A stretch of 64,000 bases of DNA from Paraphysomonas bandaiensis (taxonomy: Eukaryota > Protista > Chrysophyceae), in the NCBI GenBank assembly GCA_965644295.1, contig CBFFRP010000169.1:186001-250000 (forward strand), in the 5' to 3' direction. Position 1 is the first letter of the stretch, and each line of letters begins with the position of its first letter. Under the pieces are notes generated by a model. It searched no databases and was not told where the DNA came from. It worked only from the letters and a program-made list of their open reading frames with translations. The translations under genes were made by a program, and so were the position numbers. Positions 49,973-63,500 of the stretch are shown here, one piece after another.

Positions 49973-50213
49973 AGCGCCGGTGAGTCCTAAGACACACGAG
50001 CAGGCGAAACTCACAAACAACATCAAGAACGAAAGTGGTCGCACTTTGGTGCTTGCGGCGACGCACAAGCAGCTTCTGTAGCGTTAAATAGTAGGATAAT
50101 GGAATTTGTGCTGATTAGTTATGGGTAGAGGTCTAACTAGTATGTCTAGCATTCAACTAGCCACTATATTGGTACAGGTTTTTAACGCCTATTGCTAAAT
50201 AAACTTTCAATAT
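49973..50213 (+). mobile_element. Full 3' UTR of the LINE family
   Basis: Colinear with the reverse complement of 8074-8317 from GCGCCGGTGAG onward. A KGRPPD-coding relic lies upstream at ~49620-49670. Confidence 0.85.
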
Positions 50214-50850
50214 ACCTTTCTTAAGATTGCAAACGCTCTATATAAATGGCTTGATTTCAAATAGTTTGATGCATTGGCAGAGCTATTACTTGCTGCTTTC
50301 ATAGCTACATTTACGAACAGTAGTACGAGCTGAGTCACATGACAGATGTTTCGTGAAAAAACAGACAACATTCCTTTCGAAGCGCAGCGACAGCGGGAGA
50401 TATTGTTTTTATAAGTCGTACATAGTACATAGTACAAAGACACATAGACTGTATTAGATAAGCATATTAGCCCCTCCTAAAGACATAACCGGGTGCATTA
50501 GATAAGCATACAGCGTTGTTACCCCCTCTTAAATACATAACCGGGTAATCGAACTATCTGTCAGCTCGATTATTTGATGAGTAATATCGAATTGAAGGTT
50601 GTGTTGGTCGTGCAGCACTAGACACCTGTTCCATATATTTCTGTATTCGTATTGATTATATAAGTAATCTGTGTCGATAGGAGTCGCAATGCACTCAGAA
50701 GATAATCGAGCTGGCAGGTAGTGCCTGTATTAGTTATCGCTTGGGTGATTTCGATCAGTGATCCTTTTGTAACCACGACTGAGCAGCAGGAATACTCTCA
50801 GGGTAATGTCATATGCTGATATATTTAATTCTCATTCTGCAGTGATGCCG

Positions 50851-51246
50851 CTCATTCTTTTCGCTCTTATACTCTGCTCGTTCCTTGGGAATGAGCTCTT
50901 GCAACATAGCGCTTTCTTGAGCCGCCTCAGCTTGGGCTTGTCGCCGGTCTTCGCTATCCCTTTATTTCTTCGAAAGCTTCAACATGCACTCAATATAAGC
51001 ATAGAATTTGAAACGGAAAATTAATAAAGCAAAAGCTGCAGTGGATAAAGATAAACGCCTCGAAGGATGGAGGCGAGAGCAAAAACTGCAAAAAACAAAC
51101 GGAAATCTTCACAGCACAAATTTATGAAGAAATAAAGGGATAGCGAAGACCGGCGACAAGCCCAAGCTGAGGCGGCTCAAGAACGCGCTACGTTGCAAGA
51201 TCTCACTCCCGAGGAACGAGCAGAGTATAAGCGCAAAAAGAATGAG
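50851..51246. repeat. ~120-bp inverted repeat with a ~155-bp spacer
   Basis: 50851-50971 is the reverse complement of 51126-51246, with a perfect core TTCTTGAGCCGCCTCAGCTTGGGCTTGTCGCCGGTCTTCGCTATCCCTTTATTTCTTC. Confidence 0.9.
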
Positions 51247-51483
51247 GGATAGCGCATTGCTCGATTGCTAGTATGAATCGTGGATGTGTTCGAAATGCAT
51301 TTCATTAGCTCACTACCGTTAGTGTGCTCATAAACACAACAATTGTCACAATATTATGTCTGTACAACAATTTTTTAATATTATTAACAATTATATTATT
51401 ATGTATATATACCACTATCTTTGACAGGTGCAGCAACACTTGGAGAACTGATACCAATCTACTATTAGACTGATATGATAACC

Positions 51484-51605
51484 ACAGACTGGTAGAAGCT
51501 AATGGCGCATTAATGGGTGCCCAAATCCCTGCAACTACAATGTCCATAAATGAAATATGTCCTCGCAATTGTTATGGCATTACCATTACTGGTTACCAGG
51601 CCCCG
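51484..51605. mobile_element. Diverged relative of the 45056 hAT MITE
   Basis: Ends in GTTACCAGGCCCCG and shares ATGGGT..CCCTGCAA..AATGTC with the reverse complement of 45056-45140. Confidence 0.5.
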
Positions 51606-51719
51606 ATATCCATCCTTAGAAGATTGCTACTCTAGATAGCACATTCCAGAGTACTAATCATACTGATCTATGAATGTAGACTATTACATATTCAGATACA
51701 GAACACGTAATACATATCT

Positions 51720-52270
51720 ACCATAAAGTGCCGGCTCATTCGACAGTCCTCCGTACTCCATAGAGTGGACTGAATGTCAACATAGATCGTCATGCTTCAA
51801 AACAATGTCCTCAACTAAATCAACACGAACAGGACACTGTGAGAAAGTATCTATACACCTCACACTCATATCAGTATATACCTTCAAGTGAGAGGGGGAA
51901 ATTATACTCGTTACTCGCCCAAGTGAAGTTATTATTCTGATGTGACTCTCTTAAGATCAGCTCAGCTCAGTTCAGGAGTATGAGTGCCTGGCTTCATGTG
52001 CACTCATACCCTGAGAGTCCGCTGGTGTTGTATGACAGTCACACACAGCATATAGAGAGTATTAGAGTGAGAAAGGAAGAGTAATGAAGCTATACAGAGA
52101 GTCTCTATGGCTCAATATGAATGCCCTTCCTCCTCTCTGTGTGTTCGAAGTAGATCAACTCTCTTGTGTGACTGCCACATAGCCATAACTTTAACGAAAC
52201 TATATCAACAACTTGTACGATCGCAGCATGTGCCAGTCCATGACATCACTATGAGTTGATGTAGCCATAC
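51720..52270 (-). pseudogene. Degenerate paralog of 700-1270
   Basis: Shared sequence blocks, including a conserved 31-nt GT-AG segment. Confidence 0.35.
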
Positions 52271-52616
52271 ATACATGTACATACAGTGCAGTGGAGTGTA
52301 TTGATGATAGAAGTGTATGGAAAGTGACAGATTTTGACTTCAATGTGTTTGGTTTTGAGGTCAACTATGAACAAATTCTCGGGATTTTTTCCTGTTTATT
52401 ATCCAAATCTAGAAATCCAGAGTTTTTTTACGAAGTATCAACAATATACGTAAAATATCAGGAATATTGACAAGTTGAAGTAAAATATCATTATCTTCTA
52501 ATGAATTTGAACTTCATTTTCATTTACTTTCTTTGACGTATGTGAATATCAACAGCACACTTCATGCATATCGACCGACTCCAAGTGATCATGTTTATAA
52601 GTAACACACTGCTCCC

Positions 52617-54257
52617 ATGGATACATCTGCTCCAAGCGAGAATCCAGTAGCTGCTGATGATGAGATGTATGTGGCGACCTTCTCTGATCGGTTTGTCAAT
52701 GCGGTACTGCCGAAACAGACAATTGTATTGCCTGAAAACTCGAAATGTCCGACTGATATGAAGAAGTTTATATCAGGCACTGAACCACACTCTCTGATGG
52801 ATGGAGTTCGCTGTCCAGGCTGTCATCAACACTACACAAGATACAAGGGTCTTGTGAGTCGCTCCAAACAAAGCAGAAAGGATCAGCGGCGTAAACCTCA
52901 TCCTAACACTCTTGAGGAGAAAGAAGACTGCTTTATATGTTTGACTGCTGAAATGGTACGAAACGAAGATGGCTTACAGTGCCTTCGCTGTCCTGTTTGT
53001 CGAACCGACGACAAACTGCAGCAACTTCTCTTTCACCGTTGCAGCAAGGCTGGCAACATGGAGGTTTTTGTTCCACCATCTGGTCAGTGTGATGAATGTG
53101 GTTATGTTTGTCGTGTAATATGTAACTGTCCATTATGTGAAATTGCTCCACATCAGTTGGAGTTTCGCATTACTCCAGACCCTTATCATGTCACCGACGA
53201 CGAGGGAAATAAAGTACTTGTCGTGTATCCTAAGTATCCTGAGCAGGAAACTAGCCTTAGTACATATGACTTGAAAAGGCGTATGCAGTATGAATCGAAG
53301 AAATATGCTCAACTACTAGCCAACAGAAGTAGACCATCATTCACATGTGCTGTTGTCAATGCCGAATTAAGGAAGCTTGTCGCCCAGCCGGATGGATATA
53401 TAGTCCTGGCTGAACTGACTAAGAAAATTCCTGGACTTCTTGATCGAATTAATTCATCTGATTATGTCAAATCAAAAGTTATGGAAGAATATCGGAAAGA
53501 TCAGTCTGATCAAAACACATTTCAGTTAGCCCCCAATGCAGTTTTCCGCCTCGCTGAGCTTGTGAAGAAAATTGCTATAGCCACTGGAGCTGTGACTGAT
53601 GTTCAATTTGATGTAGAGCAGTTGATAAATACCATTGTCAAACACAATGCTGTGAAGGTTTTAACAGAAGAACAGATAAAGTTGCTTCAAGGTGCTGCCG
53701 ACAGAGCGAAAGTTGAGCACCCGACCAATGTGAACCGTGATATCTCTCGAGGCGGCGGTAGCAGTGTACCAAAGAGTAGTAGTATACCGAAGAGTAGCAG
53801 TGGTGATAGCAGCAGCACTACGAATAGAATTCTTGGTGTTAAGCGCAGTAGTGAGGATGCAGAAATTCTGGCCTTCACAATAACCGGAGAAAAGATAGCG
53901 AAACAGTCTGCTTGTGTGCGATACTTAGTCACCTTGAGGGAAATCGTTTTTTTTTATTTTAAGGATCTGCTAAATCAAACTCCGTCAAAAGAAGTCGCAT
54001 TAGCTGCCCTATATACCCAATGCATGCAGTCTCTTACTTCAGTATTGACTATTGTCGTTTCCCATGACCAGGACTTGGCTACTAAAATTGAAATACTTTT
54101 AGAGCCTATGCTTGAAGAAAAGATTACAAATATGGAGCTGGGATACCATATTGCTAACATGAACTCGCTTATCTCTATTGTCAATCTTAATTTGCAGAAT
54201 AAAATTAAACTAATTTCTCTGACTGTGTTATCAGGAAGTAATAAGTTGATTGAGTAG
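52617..54257 (+). CDS. 546-aa intronless orphan with a Cys-rich (multi-zinc) N-terminal half
   Basis: CPGC, CFIC, CPVC, HRC, CDEC and CNCPLC; helical C-terminal half with a Ser-rich linker. Confidence 0.75.
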   Translation: MDTSAPSENPVAADDEMYVATFSDRFVNAVLPKQTIVLPENSKCPTDMKKFISGTEPHSLMDGVRCPGCHQHYTRYKGLVSRSKQSRKDQRRKPHPNTLEEKEDCFICLTAEMVRNEDGLQCLRCPVCRTDDKLQQLLFHRCSKAGNMEVFVPPSGQCDECGYVCRVICNCPLCEIAPHQLEFRITPDPYHVTDDEGNKVLVVYPKYPEQETSLSTYDLKRRMQYESKKYAQLLANRSRPSFTCAVVNAELRKLVAQPDGYIVLAELTKKIPGLLDRINSSDYVKSKVMEEYRKDQSDQNTFQLAPNAVFRLAELVKKIAIATGAVTDVQFDVEQLINTIVKHNAVKVLTEEQIKLLQGAADRAKVEHPTNVNRDISRGGGSSVPKSSSIPKSSSGDSSSTTNRILGVKRSSEDAEILAFTITGEKIAKQSACVRYLVTLREIVFFYFKDLLNQTPSKEVALAALYTQCMQSLTSVLTIVVSHDQDLATKIEILLEPMLEEKITNMELGYHIANMNSLISIVNLNLQNKIKLISLTVLSGSNKLIE

Positions 54258-54449
54258 TATAGTAGTGTCGTTAATATTTTTATATGCTTTGAACTTGCAG
54301 CGAAATTTGAATCGTGCTTGTGTAGTCTTTGCTTTCACAATGATGAATGTTAGTTATTTCACAACGTTTCAATTAAGTATGATCTAAATTCCGAGCGCCT
54401 AGCTCAAGTAGCTAAGCAAGCATTATTTTTTCTATAGCTCAATCACTAG

Positions 54450-55260
54450 GAATAGTACTACTTTCATTGACAATAACTTTTGTATTGTGGTAATAAAAAT
54501 GGTGTCCTGTTTCTCTCAAAGCATCGACAACTGGACCATAATGTATATCTCGTCTGTCTATTGTAATTACTCTAGGCCCCGTGCCCACAAGTGAAGGAAT
54601 TAACATAGTACGGCAAAGGCAAAGAATATTTCACATGTAGTACCTTGGTCGTATATATCAAATCACACACAATCCCGACACGAGCGTCAATAGTATTCTA
54701 ATATACCCCTTTCCTGATCATTAGTCTGAATTGCTCATCGTTAGGAGCAACATTAAAGGTGCTTGCCAAGACCTCACGTAATTTAAGAATATTACCAATA
54801 TTACCATTGCTTCCCGCAGTTGAGTTTTATAGCACTCTTTCTACGCTCGAGCAATAAAACGCGTTGGTATCGAGAAACTGTATTTCAAAATACACCGGTG
54901 TTGATGTTTCAGCTCGAATACCGTTTCATCTATTTCCATTGAGCAAACCCCATCAACCTCGATTGTCTTCCTGAATGTGATGTACGATTCCTCGTTACTG
55001 GAAATACATGCAATGGAGCTAACTGTTTCCTGAGAGTATCCATATTGAGGTGAGGCTTGAATAAAGAAGTAACTACTGGAAGGGTGTAGTGAGAGATGGT
55101 CCATACATCACGGCCGGGCCAACGAAGAGAAGCCTCTAATACCATGTTCCATAGCACATTGTACATTACTAGCATACAACCCACGGTCATCTAGATCAAC
55201 TATATCCAAGAAATCTACAAGGAGAACATCTGGACAATCTCATCTTCAAGAGAGTTTACC
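54450..55260 (-). pseudogene. Fragmented coding-like relic
   Basis: Overlapping 86-87 aa ORFs and protein-like reading fragments broken by stops and frameshifts. Confidence 0.2.
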
Positions 55261-55726
55261 CAGAATGCAACACGATCACTCTCGACTGGATAGTGTGCTT
55301 TATATACTTCATTAGGTTGCATGTGAAACCCATCAGCTTAAGTTGTGAGTATACTACTGGCCTCTAGAGATTGCAGCACTGCACATGAGTCTGCACACTC
55401 TGCAGGAGTGACCCCAACCCACACACACACATACACATGTATGTAAACAGATACATGCTCCCTCTTGGCCCTCTCATGCTGATGGGAAGAGAGATCGATA
55501 GATTCAGAGAGAGATAACAGTTAAAAATGGGGGGTTTCTGCTCTTATAAATGGGGAATATCCAGTAGATTTTCTCAAAAATGCATCATATAAACACAGAT
55601 ACAGTAGCTATGTGTACGTGTGTAGTGTACCTATATACTGTTACATACATGTATATACATAGACACCCATCTGAGTTAAGATCACGCACAGGTACATACA
55701 TACAGTCACCTCTACAGCCTACTCTC

Positions 55727-57014
55727 ATGTTAGCCTATCGAGTGTTTGTATTATGTTACGCTCTATGGATCTCTGTATGCTCCTCCAGCACCCTTCCCTC
55801 TAATCTGATAGTGGGATATGCCGGATGGGGAGAGTGCGATGAGAAGATCGTCAAAGCAGCTCAAGATGGAGTTAATGTCGTCATATGGTTTGCTATCAAT
55901 CTATTGGCGGATGAGGAGACTGGTGTGTGTGTTATGGATGCCTGTATACGTACATACACATACATATACACATATGCCTGTATATATACACATATACACG
56001 CCTGTTCAGTATACATACACACGCCTGTTGTGTATATATATGCATTTACGTCGTATGCGTAATACAGTGCGGTATATCACTTTGTCTATAGGCGCGCCTG
56101 TTATCACCGGAGGCCCAGATTTATCATGTGTAGCTGATGTAAAACGTCGAATCGCATCGTTGGACCTTCCAACTACGCATCTTATATCTATAGGGGGGTG
56201 GGATGCGCCTCATCCGAATACTTCCAACACCCCCGAAGCCATCTATGAAAATTGGGTGGAGTGGAATAACGGTTTATTTGACGGTTTTGACTGGGATATT
56301 GAGGGAGACGATGATCTGTCTAGTCCCAGTAATGTTATTACACTGGACTGCCTGAATCTCATGGGGCGTATGTCTCAACTGGGTAAAAAAGACGGTTATA
56401 TTGTATCTATGGCTCCTCCTGAGAGCTACTTGGACCCAACTACAGGTCATTTTGACCGACTGCTGACTCATAATTATCCAGAGTGGGAAGAGTTAGAACC
56501 AAACTTTCACTACCACAGCAGGAACTCGTATGCATATGTGCTTCACTACTACGGCTCAACTCCATCTGCTGATGGAGAGTTGCAAACCTTTGATTTTGTA
56601 TCTATTCAGTTGTATGAAACTTACGCACATGCCTTATACAACATATCTATTTTGCATTCTCCAGCTGTGGAATATCTAACAAAGTACATCCCCAGCGTAA
56701 TTAGCGGATGGGAAGTTAATTTTATGCCTATTGCCTCACCTGCAATCGTAACCGTTCCGCCACCGCAACTTGTTATAGGTCTTGCAAACGGCTGGGCTAA
56801 CACCTCCAAAACGGTTTTGATCTGGCCCGAGGAGGCCGGCAAGGCTTACAATTTGTTGGGTAAACTGGGTTTCCAGCCCCGCGGATTTATGTTCTGGGAT
56901 ATTATGGATGAGGGCAAGGTCGTGTCAGGCACAGAGAGGGAGCTGTGGATGGCAGCAGGGCTGAATGAATTTTTGCACACCAGGCCCCCAGCTGGTGAGA
57001 CTGAAAGTCGTTAG
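55727..57014 (+). CDS. Secreted GH18 chitinase-like glycoside hydrolase
   Basis: Signal peptide MLAYRVFVLC..., IVGYAGW, LISIGGW, catalytic FDGFDWDIE (DxxDxDxE) and GFMFW; intron at ~55923-56091. Confidence 0.9.
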
Positions 57015-57537
57015 CTCGTCTACCGCACCGTTGGAGAATATATACATTATACATGATGAGCCTATTTGTGACTAGCTAATATACTCTTTCGTCCATCAAG
57101 TATAAATATTGTAATAGGCTCGTGAAGGTGGTTTTTGTGAATGATATACTATTGAATATCATTCTCACAAACTTAGAGTCATGTATAAATCATAAACCAG
57201 TAAAAGATATAGAGTAGCCATGGCCGTGAGGCAGATATAGCCTGTCCAGACTCTATAAGTAATTGTATTGCTCCTATATACCTATCGAATGAAGGTGTTC
57301 CATGATAAAAATTGACATAACTGAACAATACTCTCACTCTATACTGATATTACAAGTTAGAAACATAAAGGAACAAGGAACATATAATTCACTTATGATC
57401 AATATCACTACTAAATCGCCAAATTCATGATACCATATCGCAGCATCAAATGATCCGTCGGGATCAACATTCCAGTTAAGTTTCTAAGAGTTAATAAATC
57501 CAGCTAAGTAACAAACTAATATATAAGTTAGTGTACT

Positions 57538-60500
57538 ATTTGATATGTAAAATGGCTTCGTAGAACCCCTAGCTAATAGGAAGCATAAGGATGCATTTGA
57601 TATGTAAAATGGCTTCGTAGAACCCCTAGCTAATAGGAAGCATAAGGATGCAATTGACCATTCATTGATATAGCACTGAGCAAAAACCCACCATTCATGT
57701 TATATTAATGGCAGGTGAGTAATAGTGCAGGAAACATTAAAACGACAATGAATACAATAAAAGATACAGCATGCATTTTGTACCTTCCATAATAGCAATG
57801 GCTCCGTGTGCTCATGCACAAAAACACTGGAATCTACCAAACAATCTAATAAACAAGTTACTATATTTATCGAACCACGTATATATTTGATATGTAAAAT
57901 GGCTTCGTAGAACCCCTAGCTAATAGGAAGCATAAGGATGCAATTGACCATTCATTGATATAGCACTGAGCAAAAACCCACCATTCATGTTATATTAATG
58001 GCAGGTGAGTAATAGTGCAGGAAACATTAAAACGACAATGAATACAATAAAAGATACAGCATGCATTTTGTACCTTCCATAATAGCAATGGCTCCGTGTG
58101 CTCATGCACAAAAACACTGGAATCTACCAAACAATCTAATAAACAAGTTACTATATTTATCGAACCACGTATATATTTGATATGTAAAATGGCTTTGTAG
58201 AACCCCTAGCTAATAGGAAGCATAAGGATGCAATTGACCATTCATTGATATAGCACTGAGCAAAAACCCACCATTCATGTTATATTAATGGCAGGTGAGT
58301 AATAGTGCAGGAAACATTAAAACGACAATGAATACAATAAAAGATACAGCATGCATTTTGTACCTTCCATAATAGCAATGGCTCCGTGTGCTCATGCACA
58401 AAAACACTGGAATCTACCAAACAATCTAATAAACAAGTTACTATATTTATCGAACCACGTATATATTTGATATGTAAAATGGCTTCGTAGAACCCCTAGC
58501 TAATAGGAAGCATAAGGATGCAATTGACCATTCATTGATATAGCACTGAGCAAAAACCCACCATTCATGTTATATTAATGGCAGGTGAGTAATAGTGCAG
58601 GAAACATTAAAACGACAATGAATACAATAAAAGATACAGCATGCATTTTGTACCTTCCATAATAGCAATGGCTCCGTGTGCTCATGCACAAAAACACTGG
58701 AATCTACCAAACAATCTAATAAACAAGTTACTATATTTATCGAACCACGTATATATTTGATATGTAAAATGGCTTCGTAGAACCCCTAGCTAATAGGAAG
58801 CATAAGGATGCAATTGACCATTCATTGATATAGCACTGAGCAAAAACCCACCATTCATGTTATATTAATGGCAGGTGAGTAATAGTGCAGGAAACATTAA
58901 AACGACAATGAATACAATAAAAGATACAGCATGCATTTTGTACCTTCCATAATAGCAATGGCTCCGTGTGCTCATGCACAAAAACACTGGAATCTACCAA
59001 ACAATCTAATAAACAAGTTACTATATTTATCGAACCACGTATATATTTGATATGTAAAATGGCTTTGTAGAACCCCTAGCTAATAGGAAGCATAAGGATG
59101 CAATTGACCATTCATTGATATAGCACTGAGCAAAAACCCACCATTCATGTTATATTAATGGCAGGTGAGTAATAGTGCAGGAAACATTAAAACGACAATG
59201 AATACAATAAAAGATACAGCATGCATTTTGTACCTTCCATAATAGCAATGGCTCCGTGTGCTCATGCACAAAAACACTGGAATCTACCAAACAATCTAAT
59301 AAACAAGTTACTATATTTATCGAACCACGTATATATTTGATATGTAAAATGGCTTCGTAGAACCCCTAGCTAATAGGAAGCATAAGGATGCAATTGACCA
59401 TTCATTGATATAGCACTGAGCAAAAACCCACCATTCATGTTATATTAATGGCAGGTGAGTAATAGTGCAGGAAACATTAAAACGACAATGAATACAATAA
59501 AAGATACAGCATGCATTTTGTACCTTCCATAATAGCAATGGCTCCGTGTGCTCATGCACAAAAACACTGGAATCTACCAAACAATCTAATAAACAAGTTA
59601 CTATATTTATCGAACCACGTATATATTTGATATGTAAAATGGCTTTGTAGAACCCCTAGCTAATAGGAAGCATAAGGATGCAATTGACCATTCATTGATA
59701 TAGCACTGAGCAAAAACCCACCATTCATGTTATATTAATGGCAGGTGAGTAATAGTGCAGGAAACATTAAAACGACAATGAATACAATAAAAGATACAGC
59801 ATGCATTTTGTACCTTCCATAATAGCAATGGCTCCGTGTGCTCATGCACAAAAACACTGGAATCTACCAAACAATCTAATAAACAAGTTACTATATTTAT
59901 CGAACCACGTATATATTTGATATGTAAAATGGCTTCGTAGAACCCCTAGCTAATAGGAAGCATAAGGATGCAATTGACCATTCATTGATATAGCACTGAG
60001 CAAAAACCCACCATTCATGTTATATTAATGGCAGGTGAGTAATAGTGCAGGAAACATTAAAACGACAATGAATACAATAAAAGATACAGCATGCATTTTG
60101 TACCTTCCATAATAGCAATGGCTCCGTGTGCTCATGCACAAAAACACTGGAATCTACCAAACAATCTAATAAACAAGTTACTATATTTATCGAACCACGT
60201 ATATATTTGATATGTAAAATGGCTTCGTAGAACCCCTAGCTAATAGGAAGCATAAGGATGCAATTGACCATTCATTGATATAGCACTGAGCAAAAACCCA
60301 CCATTCATGTTATATTAATGGCAGGTGAGTAATAGTGCAGGAAACATTAAAACGACAATGAATACAATAAAAGATACAGCATGCATTTTGTACCTTCCAT
60401 AATAGCAATGGCTCCGTGTGCTCATGCACAAAAACACTGGAATCTACCAAACAATCTAATAAACAAGTTACTATATTTATCGAACCACGTATATATTTGA

Positions 60501-63500
60501 TATGTAAAATGGCTTCGTAGAACCCCTAGCTAATAGGAAGCATAAGGATGCAATTGACCATTCATTGATATAGCACTGAGCAAAAACCCACCATTCATGT
60601 TATATTAATGGCAGGTGAGTAATAGTGCAGGAAACATTAAAACGACAATGAATACAATAAAAGATACAGCATGCATTTTGTACCTTCCATAATAGCAATG
60701 GCTCCGTGTGCTCATGCACAAAAACACTGGAATCTACCAAACAATCTAATAAACAAGTTACTATATTTATCGAACCACGTATATATTTGATATGTAAAAT
60801 GGCTTCGTAGAACCCCTAGCTAATAGGAAGCATAAGGATGCAATTGACCATTCATTGATATAGCACTGAGCAAAAACCCACCATTCATGTTATATTAATG
60901 GCAGGTGAGTAATAGTGCAGGAAACATTAAAACGACAATGAATACAATAAAACATACAGCATGCATTTTGTACCTTCCATAATAGCAATGGCTCCGTGTG
61001 CTCATGCACAAAAACACTGGAATCTACCAAACAATCTAATAAACAAGTTACTATATTTATCGAACCACGTATATATTTGATATGTAAAATGGCTTCGTAG
61101 AACCCCTAGCTAATAGGAAGCATAAGGATGCAATTGACCATTCATTGATATAGCACTGAGCAAAAACCCACCATTCATGTTATATTAATGGCAGGTGAGT
61201 AATAGTGCAGGAAACATTAAAACGACAATGAATACAATAAAAGATACAGCATGCATTTTGTACCTTCCATAATAGCAATGGCTCCGTGTGCTCATGCACA
61301 AAAACACTGGAATCTACCAAACAATCTAATAAACAAGTTACTATATTTATCGAACCACGTATATATTTGATATGTAAAATGGCTTCGTAGAACCCCTAGC
61401 TAATAGGAAGCATAAGGATGCAATTGACCATTCATTGATATAGCACTGAGCAAAAACCCACCATTCATGTTATATTAATGGCAGGTGAGTAATAGTGCAG
61501 GAAACATTAAAACGACAATGAATACAATAAAAGATACAGCATGCATTTTGTACCTTCCATAATAGCAATGGCTCCGTGTGCTCATGCACAAAAACACTGG
61601 AATCTACCAAACAATCTAATAAACAAGTTACTATATTTATCGAACCACGTATATATTTGATATGTAAAATGGCTTCGTAGAACCCCTAGCTAATAGGAAG
61701 CATAAGGATGCAATTGACCATTCATTGATATAGCACTGAGCAAAAACCCACCATTCATGTTATATTAATGGCAGGTGAGTAATAGTGCAGGAAACATTAA
61801 AACGACAATGAATACAATAAAAGATACAGCATGCATTTTGTACCTTCCATAATAGCAATGGCTCCGTGTGCTCATGCACAAAAACACTGGAATCTACCAA
61901 ACAATCTAATAAACAAGTTACTATATTTATCGAACCACGTATATATTTGATATGTAAAATGGCTTCGTAGAACCCCTAGCTAATAGGAAGCATAAGGATG
62001 CAATTGACCATTCATTGATATAGCACTGAGCAAAAACCCACCATTCATGTTATATTAATGGCAGGTGAGTAATAGTGCAGGAAACATTAAACGACAATGA
62101 ATACAATAAAAGATACAGCATGCATCCACCATTCATGTTATATTAATGGCAGGTGAGTAATAGTGCAGGAAACATTAAAACGACAATGAATACAATAAAA
62201 GATACAGCATGCATTTTGTACCTTCCATAATAGCAATGGCTCCGTGTGCTCATGCACAAAAACACTGGAATCTACCAAACAATCTAATAAACAAGTTACT
62301 ATATTTATCGAACCACGTATATATTTGATATGTAAAATGGCTTCGTAGAACCCCTAGCTAATAGGAAGCATAAGGATGCAATTGACCATTCATTGATATA
62401 GCACTGAGCAAAAACCCACCATTCATGTTATATTAATGGCAGGTGAGTAATAGTGCAGGAAACATTAAAACGACAATGAATACAATAAAAGATACAGCAT
62501 GCATTTTGTACCTTCCATAATAGCAATGGCTCCGTGTGCTCATGCACAAAAACACTGGAATCTACCAAACAATCTAATAAACAAGTTACTATATTTATCG
62601 AACCACGTATATATTTGATATGTAAAATGGCTTCGTAGAACCCCTAGCTAATAGGAAGCATAAGGATGCAATTGACCATTCATTGATATAGCACTGAGCA
62701 AAAACCCACCATTCATGTTATATTAATGGCAGGTGAGTAATAGTGCAGGAAACATTAAAACGACAATGAATACAATAAAAGATACAGCATGCATTTTGTA
62801 CCTTCCATAATAGCAATGGCTCCGTGTGCTCATGCACAAAAACACTGGAATCTACCAAACAATCTAATAAACAAGTTACTATATTTATCGAACCACGTAT
62901 ATATTTGATATGTAAAATGGCTTCGTAGAACCCCTAGCTAATAGGAAGCATAAGGATGCAATTGACCATTCATTGATATAGCACTGAGCAAAAACCCACC
63001 ATTCATGTTATATTAATGGCAGGTGAGTAATAGTGCAGGAAACATTAAAACGACAATGAATACAATAAAAGATACAGCATGCATTTTGTACCTTCCATAA
63101 TAGCAATGGCTCCGTGTGCTCATGCACAAAAACACTGGAATCTACCAAACAATCTAATAAACAAGTTACTATATTTATCGAACCACGTATATATTTGATA
63201 TGTAAAATGGCTTCGTAGAACCCCTAGCTAATAGGAAGCATAAGGATGCAATTGACCATTCATTGATATAGCACTGAGCAAAAACCCACCATTCATGTTA
63301 TATTAATGGCAGGTGAGTAATAGTGCAGGAAACATTAAAACGACAATGAATACAATAAAAGATACAGCATGCATTTTGTACCTTCCATAATAGCAATGGC
63401 TCCGTGTGCTCATGCACAAAAACACTGGAATCTACCAAACAATCTAATAAACAAGTTACTATATTTATCGAACCACGTATATATTTGATATGTAAAATGG

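Noticed and set aside
49979-50014. Hammerhead ribozyme (GTGAGTC...GAAACTCAC), which would suggest a Penelope-like element
   Set aside because: The CUGANGA core is absent, GAAA is not conserved in the 8.3-kb copy, and the ORF has RNase H and CCHC motifs typical of LINEs.
55818-56091. N-terminus of the 398-aa ORF (MPDGESAM...)
   Set aside because: It is the wrong frame plus intron read-through; the GH18 N-terminus is the signal-peptide exon starting at 55727.
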